Source of the DNA: an uncultured Chloroflexia bacterium
GTDB taxonomy: Bacteria > Chloroflexota > Limnocylindria > QHBO01
NCBI GenBank assembly: GCA_963790255.1
Contig: CAWBOA010000004.1
Location: 197,339 to 261,338, forward strand
Direction: 5' to 3'
Length of the DNA stretch: 64,000 nucleotides
The notes beneath the pieces are model-generated. The model was not told the origin of the DNA and searched no databases. It was given only the letters and a program-made list of their open reading frames with translations. Position 1 is the stretch's first letter. Every line of letters begins with the position of its first letter. A program made the translations under genes and the position numbers. This document shows, in pieces, positions 56,728 through 64,000 of the stretch.

Positions 56728-57741
56728 CTAGTGTCGGGCCGGCTCCTCCTCGCGCGAGGCCGCGCGGTCGACGACCTGGAGGTTGAGCCGATAGAGGACG
56801 TTCCACTCCTCGCTGTTCAGGCTCGCGCGGTCGATCCGATCCTGGATCTCGTCGAGGCGATGGCGCAGGCCGTCGAGGTCTCCGTTCGCGCCACGGTCCG
56901 CGTCGACGAGCTCGCGCTCGAAGGCCTGCGCCTCCTCGTTCCAGGTGAGGTAGGCGTCGCGGAATGCCAGCTCGCGCTCGAGGGCCGCTCGCGCGCGATA
57001 GACCTCCTCCTTCGGTCCCAGGACGGAGACGTTCGTCGCATAGGCGTAGACCTCGAGGGGACCGGCGAGGAGCTTGATCGGCTCACCACGGACGACGGCG
57101 CCGAGGAGGTGCTCCGCGGCGAAGGCCACCGTCCGCATCGGCCAGGACTTCGGCCCGTGCGCCTCGCCGGCACGCACCTCGGTGATGCCGAGCCGCTCGA
57201 GCGCCGCACGGATCCCTTCCTCCAGGTCCTCGTCATCCGTGCCGTCGTGCATGACGACCGGCACCTGGATGAAGCCCCGCTTCTGCCGCCAGCGCTGGAA
57301 GAGGAGGATCGGCGTGAAGAGGACCATCTGGATCACGGAGATGCCGAGCATGAAGGTCGCCGGGTAGCTGACGGGCAGGAGGCCGAGCCAGTGCCCGATC
57401 GATCGCTCGCCATCGAACTCGCCATAGACGACCGCCGCGGCAACGAACGGCGGCGCGAGGAGCACCGCCGCGATCAGCCCGGCGTAGGTGATCGCCTCGA
57501 CATCGAAGTTCTCACCGATGACACCGGCGGCCTCGAGTGCCGCGCCGGCCAGGATCGGCAGGGCGAAGCCGATGAGCACGATGACCCAGGCCGCGCCGAT
57601 GAGGCTGATGACCGAGAGGATGCGCCCCTGCCGTCCCGGGACCTGGCCGAAGTAGAGCGCTGTCGCCCATCCGAGCGCGAACGAGGCCGAGCGGCTGAGC
57701 GCCTGCCAGGCGATGAGGAGAACGACCGGGAGGAACGGCAT
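56728..57741 (-). CDS. membrane protein of unknown function (about 5 TM + cytosolic helical/coiled-coil domain)
   Basis: 337-aa ORF. Hydrophobic N-terminal half and a charged helical C-terminal half (ERELAFRDAYLTWNEEAQAFERELVDADRG...). It lies 9 nt upstream of the hydrolase gene. Confidence 0.6.
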   Translation of the reverse strand: MPFLPVVLLIAWQALSRSASFALGWATALYFGQVPGRQGRILSVISLIGAAWVIVLIGFALPILAGAALEAAGVIGENFDVEAITYAGLIAAVLLAPPFVAAAVVYGEFDGERSIGHWLGLLPVSYPATFMLGISVIQMVLFTPILLFQRWRQKRGFIQVPVVMHDGTDDEDLEEGIRAALERLGITEVRAGEAHGPKSWPMRTVAFAAEHLLGAVVRGEPIKLLAGPLEVYAYATNVSVLGPKEEVYRARAALERELAFRDAYLTWNEEAQAFERELVDADRGANGDLDGLRHRLDEIQDRIDRASLNSEEWNVLYRLNLQVVDRAASREEEPARH

Positions 57742-57770
57742 GCTCGCTCAGCACGCAATCGGCGTGCCGC

Positions 57771-58214
57771 TCAGTCGAGGGCGAGGGGCCGCACCGTCAT
57801 GACCGAGTCCACGCGCCCCTCCCACTCCTCGCGGGGCGTGTCGCAGTACAGCTCGATCTCGTTCCCGTCGGGGTCGGCCGTGTAGAGGCTGCGCGTGACG
57901 CCGTGGTCGGCCGTGCCCTTCAGAAGCCCCCGCTCGGTGAGGATCGCGTGGGCATGCTTGACGGCATCCCAGTCGGCCAGCTGGACCGCGACGTGATAGA
58001 GGCCGACCGCGGTCGCCACCGGCGAGGGGGCCGAGTCACCCACGCGCAGGAGCGCCAGGTCGTGGTGGTTCTCCCCGGTGGCGGTGAGGAAGATCATGAC
58101 GTTGCTCATCTCGCTCGCCACCCGGAATCCGAGCACGTCGCGATAGAAGGCGAGGGATCGGTCGAGGTCCCGGACCTTCAGCACGACGTGTCCGACCCGG
58201 ATCGGCTGGAGCAT
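57771..58214 (-). CDS. VOC family protein (glyoxalase / extradiol dioxygenase fold)
   Basis: Matching segments: VGHVVLKVRDLDRSLAFYRDVLGF...GENHHDLALLRV...GLYHVAVQL...TADHGVTRSLYTADPDGNEIEL. Paralogue of 36867..37349. Confidence 0.8.
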   Translation of the reverse strand: MLQPIRVGHVVLKVRDLDRSLAFYRDVLGFRVASEMSNVMIFLTATGENHHDLALLRVGDSAPSPVATAVGLYHVAVQLADWDAVKHAHAILTERGLLKGTADHGVTRSLYTADPDGNEIELYCDTPREEWEGRVDSVMTVRPLALD

Positions 58215-58220
58215 CCACCG

Positions 58221-58226
58221 ATGCTA
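58221..58226 (-). promoter_or_regulatory. -10 box TAGCAT (minus strand), 6 nt upstream of ATG 58214 (leaderless)
   Basis: The minus strand reads gagTAGCATcggtggATG. The 12-mer TAGCATCGGTGG also precedes proS (21737-21748). Confidence 0.4.
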
Positions 58227-58331
58227 CTCCAGGGGTGGCCAAACTCCGAGGAAAGTGTCGAATCGGGCCGCGTCGGCTGCGGAATCGGTGTGTCGCGGAG
58301 CGTGGAGCGCGTCAGCCGCGACGTCGAGGCG

Positions 58332-58985
58332 TCACTCGTCGAGGTGCAGCGAGACGCTGATGACGCCGGCGCTGAGCGATCGATCGCTCACGAGCGCCCA
58401 GGCAGCGGCCGACAGGTCGGCGACCCGCTGGTCGGGGGTTCCCCAGTAGCAGCCGCAGTAGTCGACGACGGGAAGCTCGACGCAATGGTCCGCGCACACC
58501 GTGACCTGGCCGACCACGCCCTGGCCACCGGCCCCGCCCAGCGCGCCGGGCAGCGCGACGAAGGCGTCAGCGGGGGTGAAGCCGGCCGGGCAGGTGCCGA
58601 CCACGTTGCAGTACCACGAGGCGGAGCCGGTGATGGTCCCGGCGCTGGGCTCGGGCGGTGCGATCGCGACCAGCCGGGCCTGCGGAGCGGCGATGCTGAC
58701 GAGCGTCGCCTCCATCGGGACGGAGGCCGGACCGGCGAGCGCGGGCGGGGCGACGGCTTCGGGGGCAGCGGCCGCGGCGCCGAGGGCGGTGAATTCAATG
58801 GAGGCGCGGTCCGCGAGGGCGCCGCGCTGGAGGATCGAGACGGGGGCGCGGCTGCCGGAGAGCAGCGGCTCGACGTCCGCGGCGGGCTCAGGCAGCGCCG
58901 AGCGGGCGGTGAGAGGCGCGAGGAGCGCGATACCGAGCGCGCTCAGCAGGGTCAGCGCGGCGACGCGCCGCAGCAGGTCCAGCAA
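58332..58985 (-). CDS. RlpA-like double-psi beta-barrel (DPBB) domain secreted protein
   Basis: C-terminal segment GSASWY...[20 protein letters not shown]...[22 protein letters not shown]...DLS..AW. Signal-like [24 protein letters not shown]. Start proposed at TTG 58985, because the upstream ORF-track extension has low GC3. Confidence 0.6.
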   Translation of the reverse strand: MLDLLRRVAALTLLSALGIALLAPLTARSALPEPAADVEPLLSGSRAPVSILQRGALADRASIEFTALGAAAAAPEAVAPPALAGPASVPMEATLVSIAAPQARLVAIAPPEPSAGTITGSASWYCNVVGTCPAGFTPADAFVALPGALGGAGGQGVVGQVTVCADHCVELPVVDYCGCYWGTPDQRVADLSAAAWALVSDRSLSAGVISVSLHLDE

Positions 58986-59100
58986 TAGAATTCGTCCCGA
59001 TACGTGGTCCAGCCGGCATGGTCCGTGCGAAGCACGACCCGTGCCGGCGAAGGGCCACCCTAGCAGCGGACCTGCCGACTGTCGAGCGTACGAGGTGCCC

Positions 59101-59931
59101 ATGGCACGCAAGAAGAAAGAGCCGGAGCGGCGGCGTGGCGCGGTGGTCGTGCGAGAGCCGGCGCTCCACGATCGGCGCACGGAGGACCAGAAGCTCCTCC
59201 GCTCAGATGAGCCGACGCCGGGCTTCCAGGACACCGACACGTGGCGCACGCTGCGGATCCTCGGCGAGTTCATCGAGGGCTTCGACGCGCTCGCGGAGGT
59301 CGGACCGGCGGTCAGCATCTTCGGCTCGGCGCGGGTCGGCCGGCGCAACCGCTACTACGGCGCCGCGCGGCGGCTCGCTGCGGCGCTCGCCAAGCAGGGC
59401 TTCGCGATCATCACCGGCGGCGGCCCCGGCATCATGGAGGCCGCCAACCGCGGCGCCAAGGAGGCCGGAGGGATCTCCATCGGCTGCAACATCGAGCTCC
59501 CGTTCGAGCAGGGCCTCAACGAGTACGTCGACCTCGGCATGGAGTTCCGCTACTTCTTCGTGCGCAAGGTGATGTTCGTGAAGTACGCCGAGGGGTTCGT
59601 CATCTTCCCCGGCGGATTCGGGACGCTGGACGAGCTGTTCGAGGCGCTCACCCTCATCCAGACCGGCAAGGTCGAGCACTTCCCCGTCGTCCTGTACGGC
59701 AAGGACTACTGGGATGGGATGATGCAGTGGATCCGCGAGAAGCCGCTGTACGAGGAGAAGGTCAGCCCGGAGGACCTGGACCTCCTGACGATCACGAGCG
59801 ACATCGACGAGGCCAGCGAGGCGATCACGAAGCACTATCGCTCGCGCGAGCAGGGGCAGAAGGAGGCCGCAAGCCGGAAGGCGACGCGTGACGCCGTCAC
59901 CGATGCGGCCGAGGGCCGCGGCCGGCGCTGA
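59101..59931 (+). CDS. LOG family (TIGR00730) Rossmann-fold nucleotide-binding protein
   Basis: Signature motifs: [56 protein letters not shown]. Start at ATG 59101 (MARKKKE). Confidence 0.85.
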   Translation: MARKKKEPERRRGAVVVREPALHDRRTEDQKLLRSDEPTPGFQDTDTWRTLRILGEFIEGFDALAEVGPAVSIFGSARVGRRNRYYGAARRLAAALAKQGFAIITGGGPGIMEAANRGAKEAGGISIGCNIELPFEQGLNEYVDLGMEFRYFFVRKVMFVKYAEGFVIFPGGFGTLDELFEALTLIQTGKVEHFPVVLYGKDYWDGMMQWIREKPLYEEKVSPEDLDLLTITSDIDEASEAITKHYRSREQGQKEAASRKATRDAVTDAAEGRGRR

Positions 59932-59978
59932 ACCTGGTCCGACCGTGGCCGGATCGCGGCGTCGGGAACAGCGCGTTC

Positions 59979-60485
59979 CTATCCGATGAGCGCGAATGTG
60001 GCGAGCGACAGACCGGCCACGATCAGCGCGATGTGGACCCCGATGAGGGCCATGCGTCCCGGCGCAAATGGGTCGTCGAGGACGCGTGGCACGGGAACGA
60101 GACGGAACCAGAACCACAGCCCAAGCAGCCCGCCGAGGAGAATGCCTGCCGTCATAAGCAGCCAGCCCGCGGCCGCGATCACATTCGCCGGCAGCCACAC
60201 GGCCGAGATGGCAAGCAGTCCGGTGCCGACCAGCGTCGAGGGGATGACAAGGGCGTAGCGCAGCCACGGGCGCGCCAGGCTCGCGACGAGGATCGCGGGC
60301 ATCGTGATCCACCCCAGCGCGAGCATGACGACGATGAGCGGTGGCACGTCGAGCGTGGTAGCGGCGAGCGCCCAGATGAGCCCCAGCGCAACGGCCGCCG
60401 TGGCCGCAAGCCGGCGCACGCGGCCGGCAAAGCGCGGATCCGCGGAGATCTCGATCGGCGGCACGCGCCGAACGGCCCCGCTCAC
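59979..60485 (-). CDS. integral membrane protein (4-5 TM), unknown function
   Basis: GTG 60485 overlaps the upstream stop (GTGA). Hydrophobic throughout (AATAAVALGLIWALAATTL..., LLMTAGILLGGLLGLWFWF...). The long ORF-track extension is Arg-rich. Confidence 0.5.
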   Translation of the reverse strand: MSGAVRRVPPIEISADPRFAGRVRRLAATAAVALGLIWALAATTLDVPPLIVVMLALGWITMPAILVASLARPWLRYALVIPSTLVGTGLLAISAVWLPANVIAAAGWLLMTAGILLGGLLGLWFWFRLVPVPRVLDDPFAPGRMALIGVHIALIVAGLSLATFALIG

Positions 60486-60901
60486 CGCGTCACCGGCTCC
60501 TCGCTTGTCCTGCGCAGGAAGGCGACGAAGCCAACGAGAAAGAGCAGATCGGCGACGGCGAACACCAGGAAGATCGGGTGAAGCAGGTCGCCGATGGCCA
60601 GGTAGTAGAAGCCGAGCCCGGCGAAGACCGCCTTGTACACGATGCCCTGCTTCACGATCCCGAGGTTGGCAGACATGTCCTGGAACACGAACCAGTAGCC
60701 CAGGCCCTGGACGAAGACAAAGCCCGCGGTCAAATGGATGTAGGACGTGTTGTTCGGCAGCGAGATGCCGAGCAGGTCGAAGACTGGGGCGAAGAGGAAG
60801 AAGAAACCGATGCCGAGCACGATGTCGTACAGCGCCGCGGTTCCAAAGAATGTGCGCCAGGCCGTGCCCGCCGGTGCCGTGTTCGCCGTCGTCGTCGTCA
60901 T
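60482..60901 (-). CDS. integral membrane protein (4 TM), unknown function
   Basis: 139-aa ORF. ATG 60901 overlaps the radical SAM gene's stop (ATGA). Aromatic-rich TM helices (LYDIVLGIGFFFLFAPVF, GFVFVQGLGYWFVF, AVFAGLGFYYLAI, IFLVFAVADLLFLVGFVAF). Confidence 0.6.
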   Translation of the reverse strand: MTTTTANTAPAGTAWRTFFGTAALYDIVLGIGFFFLFAPVFDLLGISLPNNTSYIHLTAGFVFVQGLGYWFVFQDMSANLGIVKQGIVYKAVFAGLGFYYLAIGDLLHPIFLVFAVADLLFLVGFVAFLRRTSEEPVTR

Positions 60902-62235
60902 GCGCTGATCCTCCTCGTGCGCGCTTCTCGCAGGAAGCGTCGGCGATGTTCGTGGAAGGCGCTGCGACGCCGGACGCGCTCATCCTCGGTGTAGAGGCGA
61001 CGACCGAGCTCGATCAGGCTCCGCTGCAGAACTTCGGGGGACATGTTCTTCGGTCGGAAGTTCACGTCGAAGAGGGTGCAGCGCTCCCATGCCTCGGGCT
61101 CCAGCAGGCGCCCATCGGCCAGCATGCGGTCGTACATCGGAGTACCGGGAAACGGCGTCAGGACGGTGATCTGGACGTCGAACTGGCCGCTCTGGCGAAC
61201 GAAGTCGGCCACCGCGTCGAACACTTCCGGCCCATCGCCATCGAGCCCCAGGACGAAGCAACCGTTGACGGCGATGCCGTGGGACTGAATCCGTTCGACG
61301 GCGGCAAGGTAGCGGTCGAAGCGCCCGCGCTTCCAGTTGCGGCGCAGCTCGACGCCGTCCACTCCCGCCGCCGTCGGGCTCTCGAGGCCGATTAGCACCT
61401 CGGCGCAGCCGGCCTCGCGCATGAGCGCCAGCAGCTCGGGGTCGTCGGCAATCGAGACGTCGCTCTCGGTGAACCAGCGAATGCCCTCGTCGGCGACCGC
61501 GTGCAGCAGCTTCTTGGCATGGCGCCGATGGACGAACGAGTTGTCGTCCGCGAACTCGATGAAGGGCTTCGGCCACAGCTTCTTGATCTCATGGATCTCG
61601 GCGATGACCTTCTCGACCGGCTTGACCTTGTACAGCGGCGTCAGGCGGATGGACGCGGCGCAGAACTCGCAGCGCCACGGGCAACCGCGCTGGGTCTGCA
61701 CGGTGATCCGGTTGTAGCGCTCGATGTCGAGCAGATCGAAACGAGGCATGGGTGCATCGGCCAGGCTGAACTCGCGACCTCTCGGGCCGTACACGGCCCT
61801 GAGTCGGCCAACGGACAGGTCCGCCAGGAGCTCGGGCCAGGCGAGCTCTCCCTCACCGATCACGACGGCATCGGCGTGCCTCGACGCTTCCTGGGGGCGC
61901 GCCGTCACGTGCAGTCCACCGAGCACCGTGCGCACCCCCAGCCGGCGGTATCGGTCTGCGAGCTCATAGGCGTCCTTGATCTGCGCCGAGAATGACGCGA
62001 TGGCAGCCACGTCGCATGCCGGGAGCTTGCCGACCTTCCGCAGGTCGGCGATCTCGTGGTAGCTGACCTCGAACGCATCGGGCGTCATTCCGGCCAGGGT
62101 CAGAAGCGACAGGCTCGGCAGCGAAGCGATCACCTTGCTTCGCTCCACGAATCCAGGCATCGTCATGCCGATCGCATTGAGCTCCTCGCTCGCTGCCCGG
62201 ACGCCGCTCATGGCAATGAACGCGATGTGCACCAC
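60898..62235 (-). CDS. B12-binding domain-containing radical SAM protein (class B, DUF4070-like C-terminus)
   Basis: N-terminal cobalamin-binding-like region VHIAFIAMSG...VAAIASFSAQIKDAYELADRYRRLGVRTVLGGLH...AVVIGEGE. Radical SAM cluster motif QRGCPWRCEFC. Start taken at GTG 62235 after GAGGGGA; the ORF-track start is 62301. Confidence 0.85.
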   Translation of the reverse strand: MVHIAFIAMSGVRAASEELNAIGMTMPGFVERSKVIASLPSLSLLTLAGMTPDAFEVSYHEIADLRKVGKLPACDVAAIASFSAQIKDAYELADRYRRLGVRTVLGGLHVTARPQEASRHADAVVIGEGELAWPELLADLSVGRLRAVYGPRGREFSLADAPMPRFDLLDIERYNRITVQTQRGCPWRCEFCAASIRLTPLYKVKPVEKVIAEIHEIKKLWPKPFIEFADDNSFVHRRHAKKLLHAVADEGIRWFTESDVSIADDPELLALMREAGCAEVLIGLESPTAAGVDGVELRRNWKRGRFDRYLAAVERIQSHGIAVNGCFVLGLDGDGPEVFDAVADFVRQSGQFDVQITVLTPFPGTPMYDRMLADGRLLEPEAWERCTLFDVNFRPKNMSPEVLQRSLIELGRRLYTEDERVRRRSAFHEHRRRFLREARTRRISA

Positions 62236-62357
62236 GGATTCCCCTCGCGCAACCTGAGGGCATCCTACGATCTCGAACTGCGGCCGCACTGCGGCCGGCA
62301 TTTCACGGGCGAGCGATCAGACCTGCTCCCGGGTGAGTGGGACGATCACCAGACGCG

Positions 62358-62780
62358 TCAATCGGACTCGGACTCGCGCTTGATGCCCTGCGCCTCATCG
62401 GTCATGTAGCGGTTGGTCAGGCCCTTGAAGACCCGACCGAAGATCGGGACGAGCAGCCCGCTCATCTCCAGTGTCAGGGTCAGGCGGGAGCGACCCTCCT
62501 CCATCGCCTCGACACGATGGCCCGCGACGCTGGTGACGCCGCTGGCCTGCTGGCGGAACTCGAAGAAGGACGGGCCATCCCACGCAGTGACCTCCCAGGT
62601 GCCCTCGCCCAGCTTGGGTTGCTTCAGGCGCACGCGGCTGCCCATGCCCACGGGAGCGGGTGTGAGCAGCTCGGCGGCGTCGACCGTCTCGATCCGCTGC
62701 GGCCACGCTTCGATGTCGCTGAGCACATCCCACACGCGTTGCGGCGGAGCATCGATGTCGATGGATTGCTCAAAGCGCAT
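62358..62780 (-). CDS. SRPBCC family (polyketide cyclase/dehydrase-like, START fold) protein
   Basis: The pattern FEQSIDIDAPPQRVWDVLSDIEAWPQ... is typical of SRPBCC/CoxG-like proteins. 140 aa. Confidence 0.75.
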   Translation of the reverse strand: MRFEQSIDIDAPPQRVWDVLSDIEAWPQRIETVDAAELLTPAPVGMGSRVRLKQPKLGEGTWEVTAWDGPSFFEFRQQASGVTSVAGHRVEAMEEGRSRLTLTLEMSGLLVPIFGRVFKGLTNRYMTDEAQGIKRESESD

Positions 62781-62805
62781 CGCGCACGGTCACCTCGGCG
62801 TGGTT

Positions 62806-62882
62806 TGGCGGGCCCGACCGGATTCGAACCGGCGATCTCCAGCGTGACAGGCTGGCATGTTTGGCCACTACACCACGGGCCC
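62806..62882 (-). tRNA. tRNA-Asp: tRNA-Asp (anticodon GTC), CCA encoded
   Basis: The reverse complement is GGGCCCGTGGTGTAGTGGCCAAACATGCCAGCCTGTCACGCTGGAGATCGCCGGTTCGAATCCGGTCGGGCCCGCCA. It folds by hand into a cloverleaf. The acceptor stem is 7 bp (GGGCCCG/CGGGCCC) and the D stem is GTGT/ACAT. The anticodon stem CCAGC/GCTGG carries the loop CTGTCAC. The T arm is GCCGG-TTCGAAT-CCGGT and the discriminator is G. Confidence 0.9.
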
Positions 62883-62925
62883 GCGGGGTGACGGGGGCGG
62901 AGCATACCAGACCGGTCACGGCCCT

Positions 62926-63360
62926 TCAGACGGTCGACTCCGACCTCCGCTCCCCGATGAGGAGGACGGCGACCAGCCCGTAGCCGGCCGATGCCACTGC
63001 CGTGCCGATTGCGACGGCCACGAAGGCGGCAGCGCTCGCTGGGACCGCCACCGCACTCGTCGCGGCCGCGGCGGCGAGCGCAAACAGTGCGGCGGCGAGG
63101 AAGCCGGCGAGGAGGATGCCGCCGCTCCAGGCCAACCGATGGCCGCCCCGCATTCCGGCCAGCACGGCGAGGTGGCTGAGCCCGACCCCAATGACCCCCA
63201 CCGCGATCGTGATCGCCGCCCCGCGGATCGCGTCGGCGTCGATGGCGAGCGGCGGGAGGATCCGCTGCAGCCAGCCCGTGCCGAATGCGGCGATCGCGAC
63301 GGCCGCGGCGCCGGCGATGAGCCAGGCGACGGCGGCGGCCAGGAGGATCGAACGGGCCAC
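62926..63360 (-). CDS. Ala/Gly-rich integral membrane protein, unknown function
   Basis: 144-aa ORF with four hydrophobic stretches. Low-complexity composition makes the call tentative. Confidence 0.45.
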   Translation of the reverse strand: MARSILLAAAVAWLIAGAAAVAIAAFGTGWLQRILPPLAIDADAIRGAAITIAVGVIGVGLSHLAVLAGMRGGHRLAWSGGILLAGFLAAALFALAAAAATSAVAVPASAAAFVAVAIGTAVASAGYGLVAVLLIGERRSESTV

Positions 63361-63370
63361 GGCGGCCGAA

Positions 63371-63859
63371 TCAGCGTCGCGGGCGGAGCAGCAGGATGCC
63401 GGCGCAGCCGAACACGAGCGTGGCCGCCGTCAACGCGATCGCGATCACCGGGTCGGCGGGCGGGTTGGTCGCGGCCACCACGGTCCCGAGCGCGGTCAGC
63501 GCGGCGGCAATCGCGGCAAGGACGCCGGTGATCCGCCGTGCGCGGGGGGCATCCGCCAGGACGGCCATGCCGCCCGCCGTGAGGGCGCCGCCGAGCACGA
63601 GCGCCCCGAGCCCGCCCAGGATGGGCAGCAGGCTCAATCCACCGGCGTTCGGGGGAGGGTCGCCGGCAAAGCGCGAGCCGAGGGTGAGGGCCATCGCGAT
63701 GACGCCGATGCCGGTGATGACCGTGGCGACCCCGCCGACGATGACGGCGACGGTCGCCGCCGCGGTCGCCTCACCGAGATGCTCGGGGGCGAGCGTGTGT
63801 GCGCCTCGCGGGCGCGCGCCCGCCGCGGAGGCGGCGCGGATCGGTCGTCGGCTGGTCAT
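63371..63859 (-). CDS. Ala/Gly-rich integral membrane protein, unknown function
   Basis: Start taken at MTSRRP (CAT 63857-63859). Four hydrophobic stretches. Similar style to the downstream neighbour (possible paralogue pair). Confidence 0.45.
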   Translation of the reverse strand: MTSRRPIRAASAAGARPRGAHTLAPEHLGEATAAATVAVIVGGVATVITGIGVIAMALTLGSRFAGDPPPNAGGLSLLPILGGLGALVLGGALTAGGMAVLADAPRARRITGVLAAIAAALTALGTVVAATNPPADPVIAIALTAATLVFGCAGILLLRPRR

Positions 63860-63920
63860 CGGCGAGGGATTGTACGCGGAAGGCGGCCGGGCCCGCATCC
63901 GGCCCTATACTCGGCGCCGG

Positions 63921-64000
63921 ATGCCTTACGAGCTGCCTCAGGATCCGGCGACCGAACGCCGCACCCGCATCTCGCGGTGGGTCACGTTCGGGTTTGCGTT
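63921..64000 (+). CDS. hypothetical protein, N-terminal fragment (3' end outside window)
   Basis: ATG 63921 lies 9 nt after a TATACT -10-like box (63906-63911). The frame is open to the window end (MPYELPQDPATERRTRISRWVTFGF...). Confidence 0.3.
   Translation, partial: MPYELPQDPATERRTRISRWVTFGFA

Noticed and set aside
55465-57885. 806-aa plus-strand ORF. Similar long ORFs occur at 46469..48343 (+), 28393..30294 (+), 23067..24953 (-), 11538..13115 (+), 8051..9202 (-) and 14379..15497 (-).
   Set aside because: All lie antisense to, or out of frame with, genes that have clear family signatures. All show low-complexity Arg/Gly/Asp/Pro-rich translations, so I treat them as GC-driven artefacts.
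58986-59348. Upstream extension of the RlpA-like ORF, including an ATG at 59102 that shares the CCATGG palindrome with the LOG gene ATG (59101).
   Set aside because: The extension has clearly lower third-position G+C (about 65 percent by hand count) than the coding regions here. It would place about 40 or more residues in front of the signal peptide. TTG 58985 gives a normal signal sequence.
62806-63900. tRNA-Asp as a possible integration site for a genomic island.
   Set aside because: No integrase, no direct repeat of the tRNA 3' end and no compositional change are visible in the flanks available. The neighbours are ordinary membrane-protein genes.

Overview
This is a visibly high-G+C (not computed) bacterial chromosomal window, almost fully coding. 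I call about 75 protein genes or gene remnants and one tRNA-Asp(GTC). I saw no rRNA, CRISPR array, transposase, integrase or phage genes.

All calls rest on motif recognition in the supplied ORF translations and on reading the DNA. No database search was run.

Gene content:
- A leucine/isovalerate-type catabolic block: enoyl-CoA hydratase, a biotin carboxylase/BCCP with an N-terminal HTH, and HMG-CoA lyase.
- A nucleoside hydrolase followed by a dedicated ECF transporter (S, T, A, A').
- A tyrosine/homogentisate pathway scattered over 26 kb: HPPD, FAH plus a DinB-fold protein, and homogentisate dioxygenase.
- Purine nucleoside phosphorylase, archaeal/eukaryote-type ProRS and an InhA-type FabI.
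- A MoxR-DUF58-DUF4129 triad.
- Two class III nucleotide cyclases and a membrane GAF-GGDEF-EAL protein coupled to a Thr-Pro-repeat surface protein.
- Several F420-type and VOC enzymes, and an Ada(Zn)-Ogt fusion.
- A ROK-regulated sugar ABC/isomerase/oxidoreductase cluster.
- A B12-binding radical SAM gene translationally coupled to two small membrane proteins.

Main observations:
1. About 31 reading-frame breaks are confined to five blocks, while about 50 kb of neighbouring genes are unbroken. This is either gene decay or local assembly error.
2. TANNNT -10 boxes sit 6-10 nt upstream of many start codons, so leaderless or near-leaderless transcription appears pervasive.
3. Several non-coding repeat or palindrome clusters are unexplained: a 62-bp tandem repeat upstream of ada-ogt, a TTCAY-N3-RTGAA cluster between convergent genes, and twin operators in front of a leaderless XRE-cupin regulator.
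4. Three candidate functional modules deserve follow-up: the nucleoside hydrolase-ECF operon, FAH-DinB as a thiol-dependent maleylacetoacetate isomerase, and the rSAM plus two-membrane-protein operon.

The lineage guess (Actinomycetota-like or a similar high-GC Gram-positive/Chloroflexota-like organism) is inference only.
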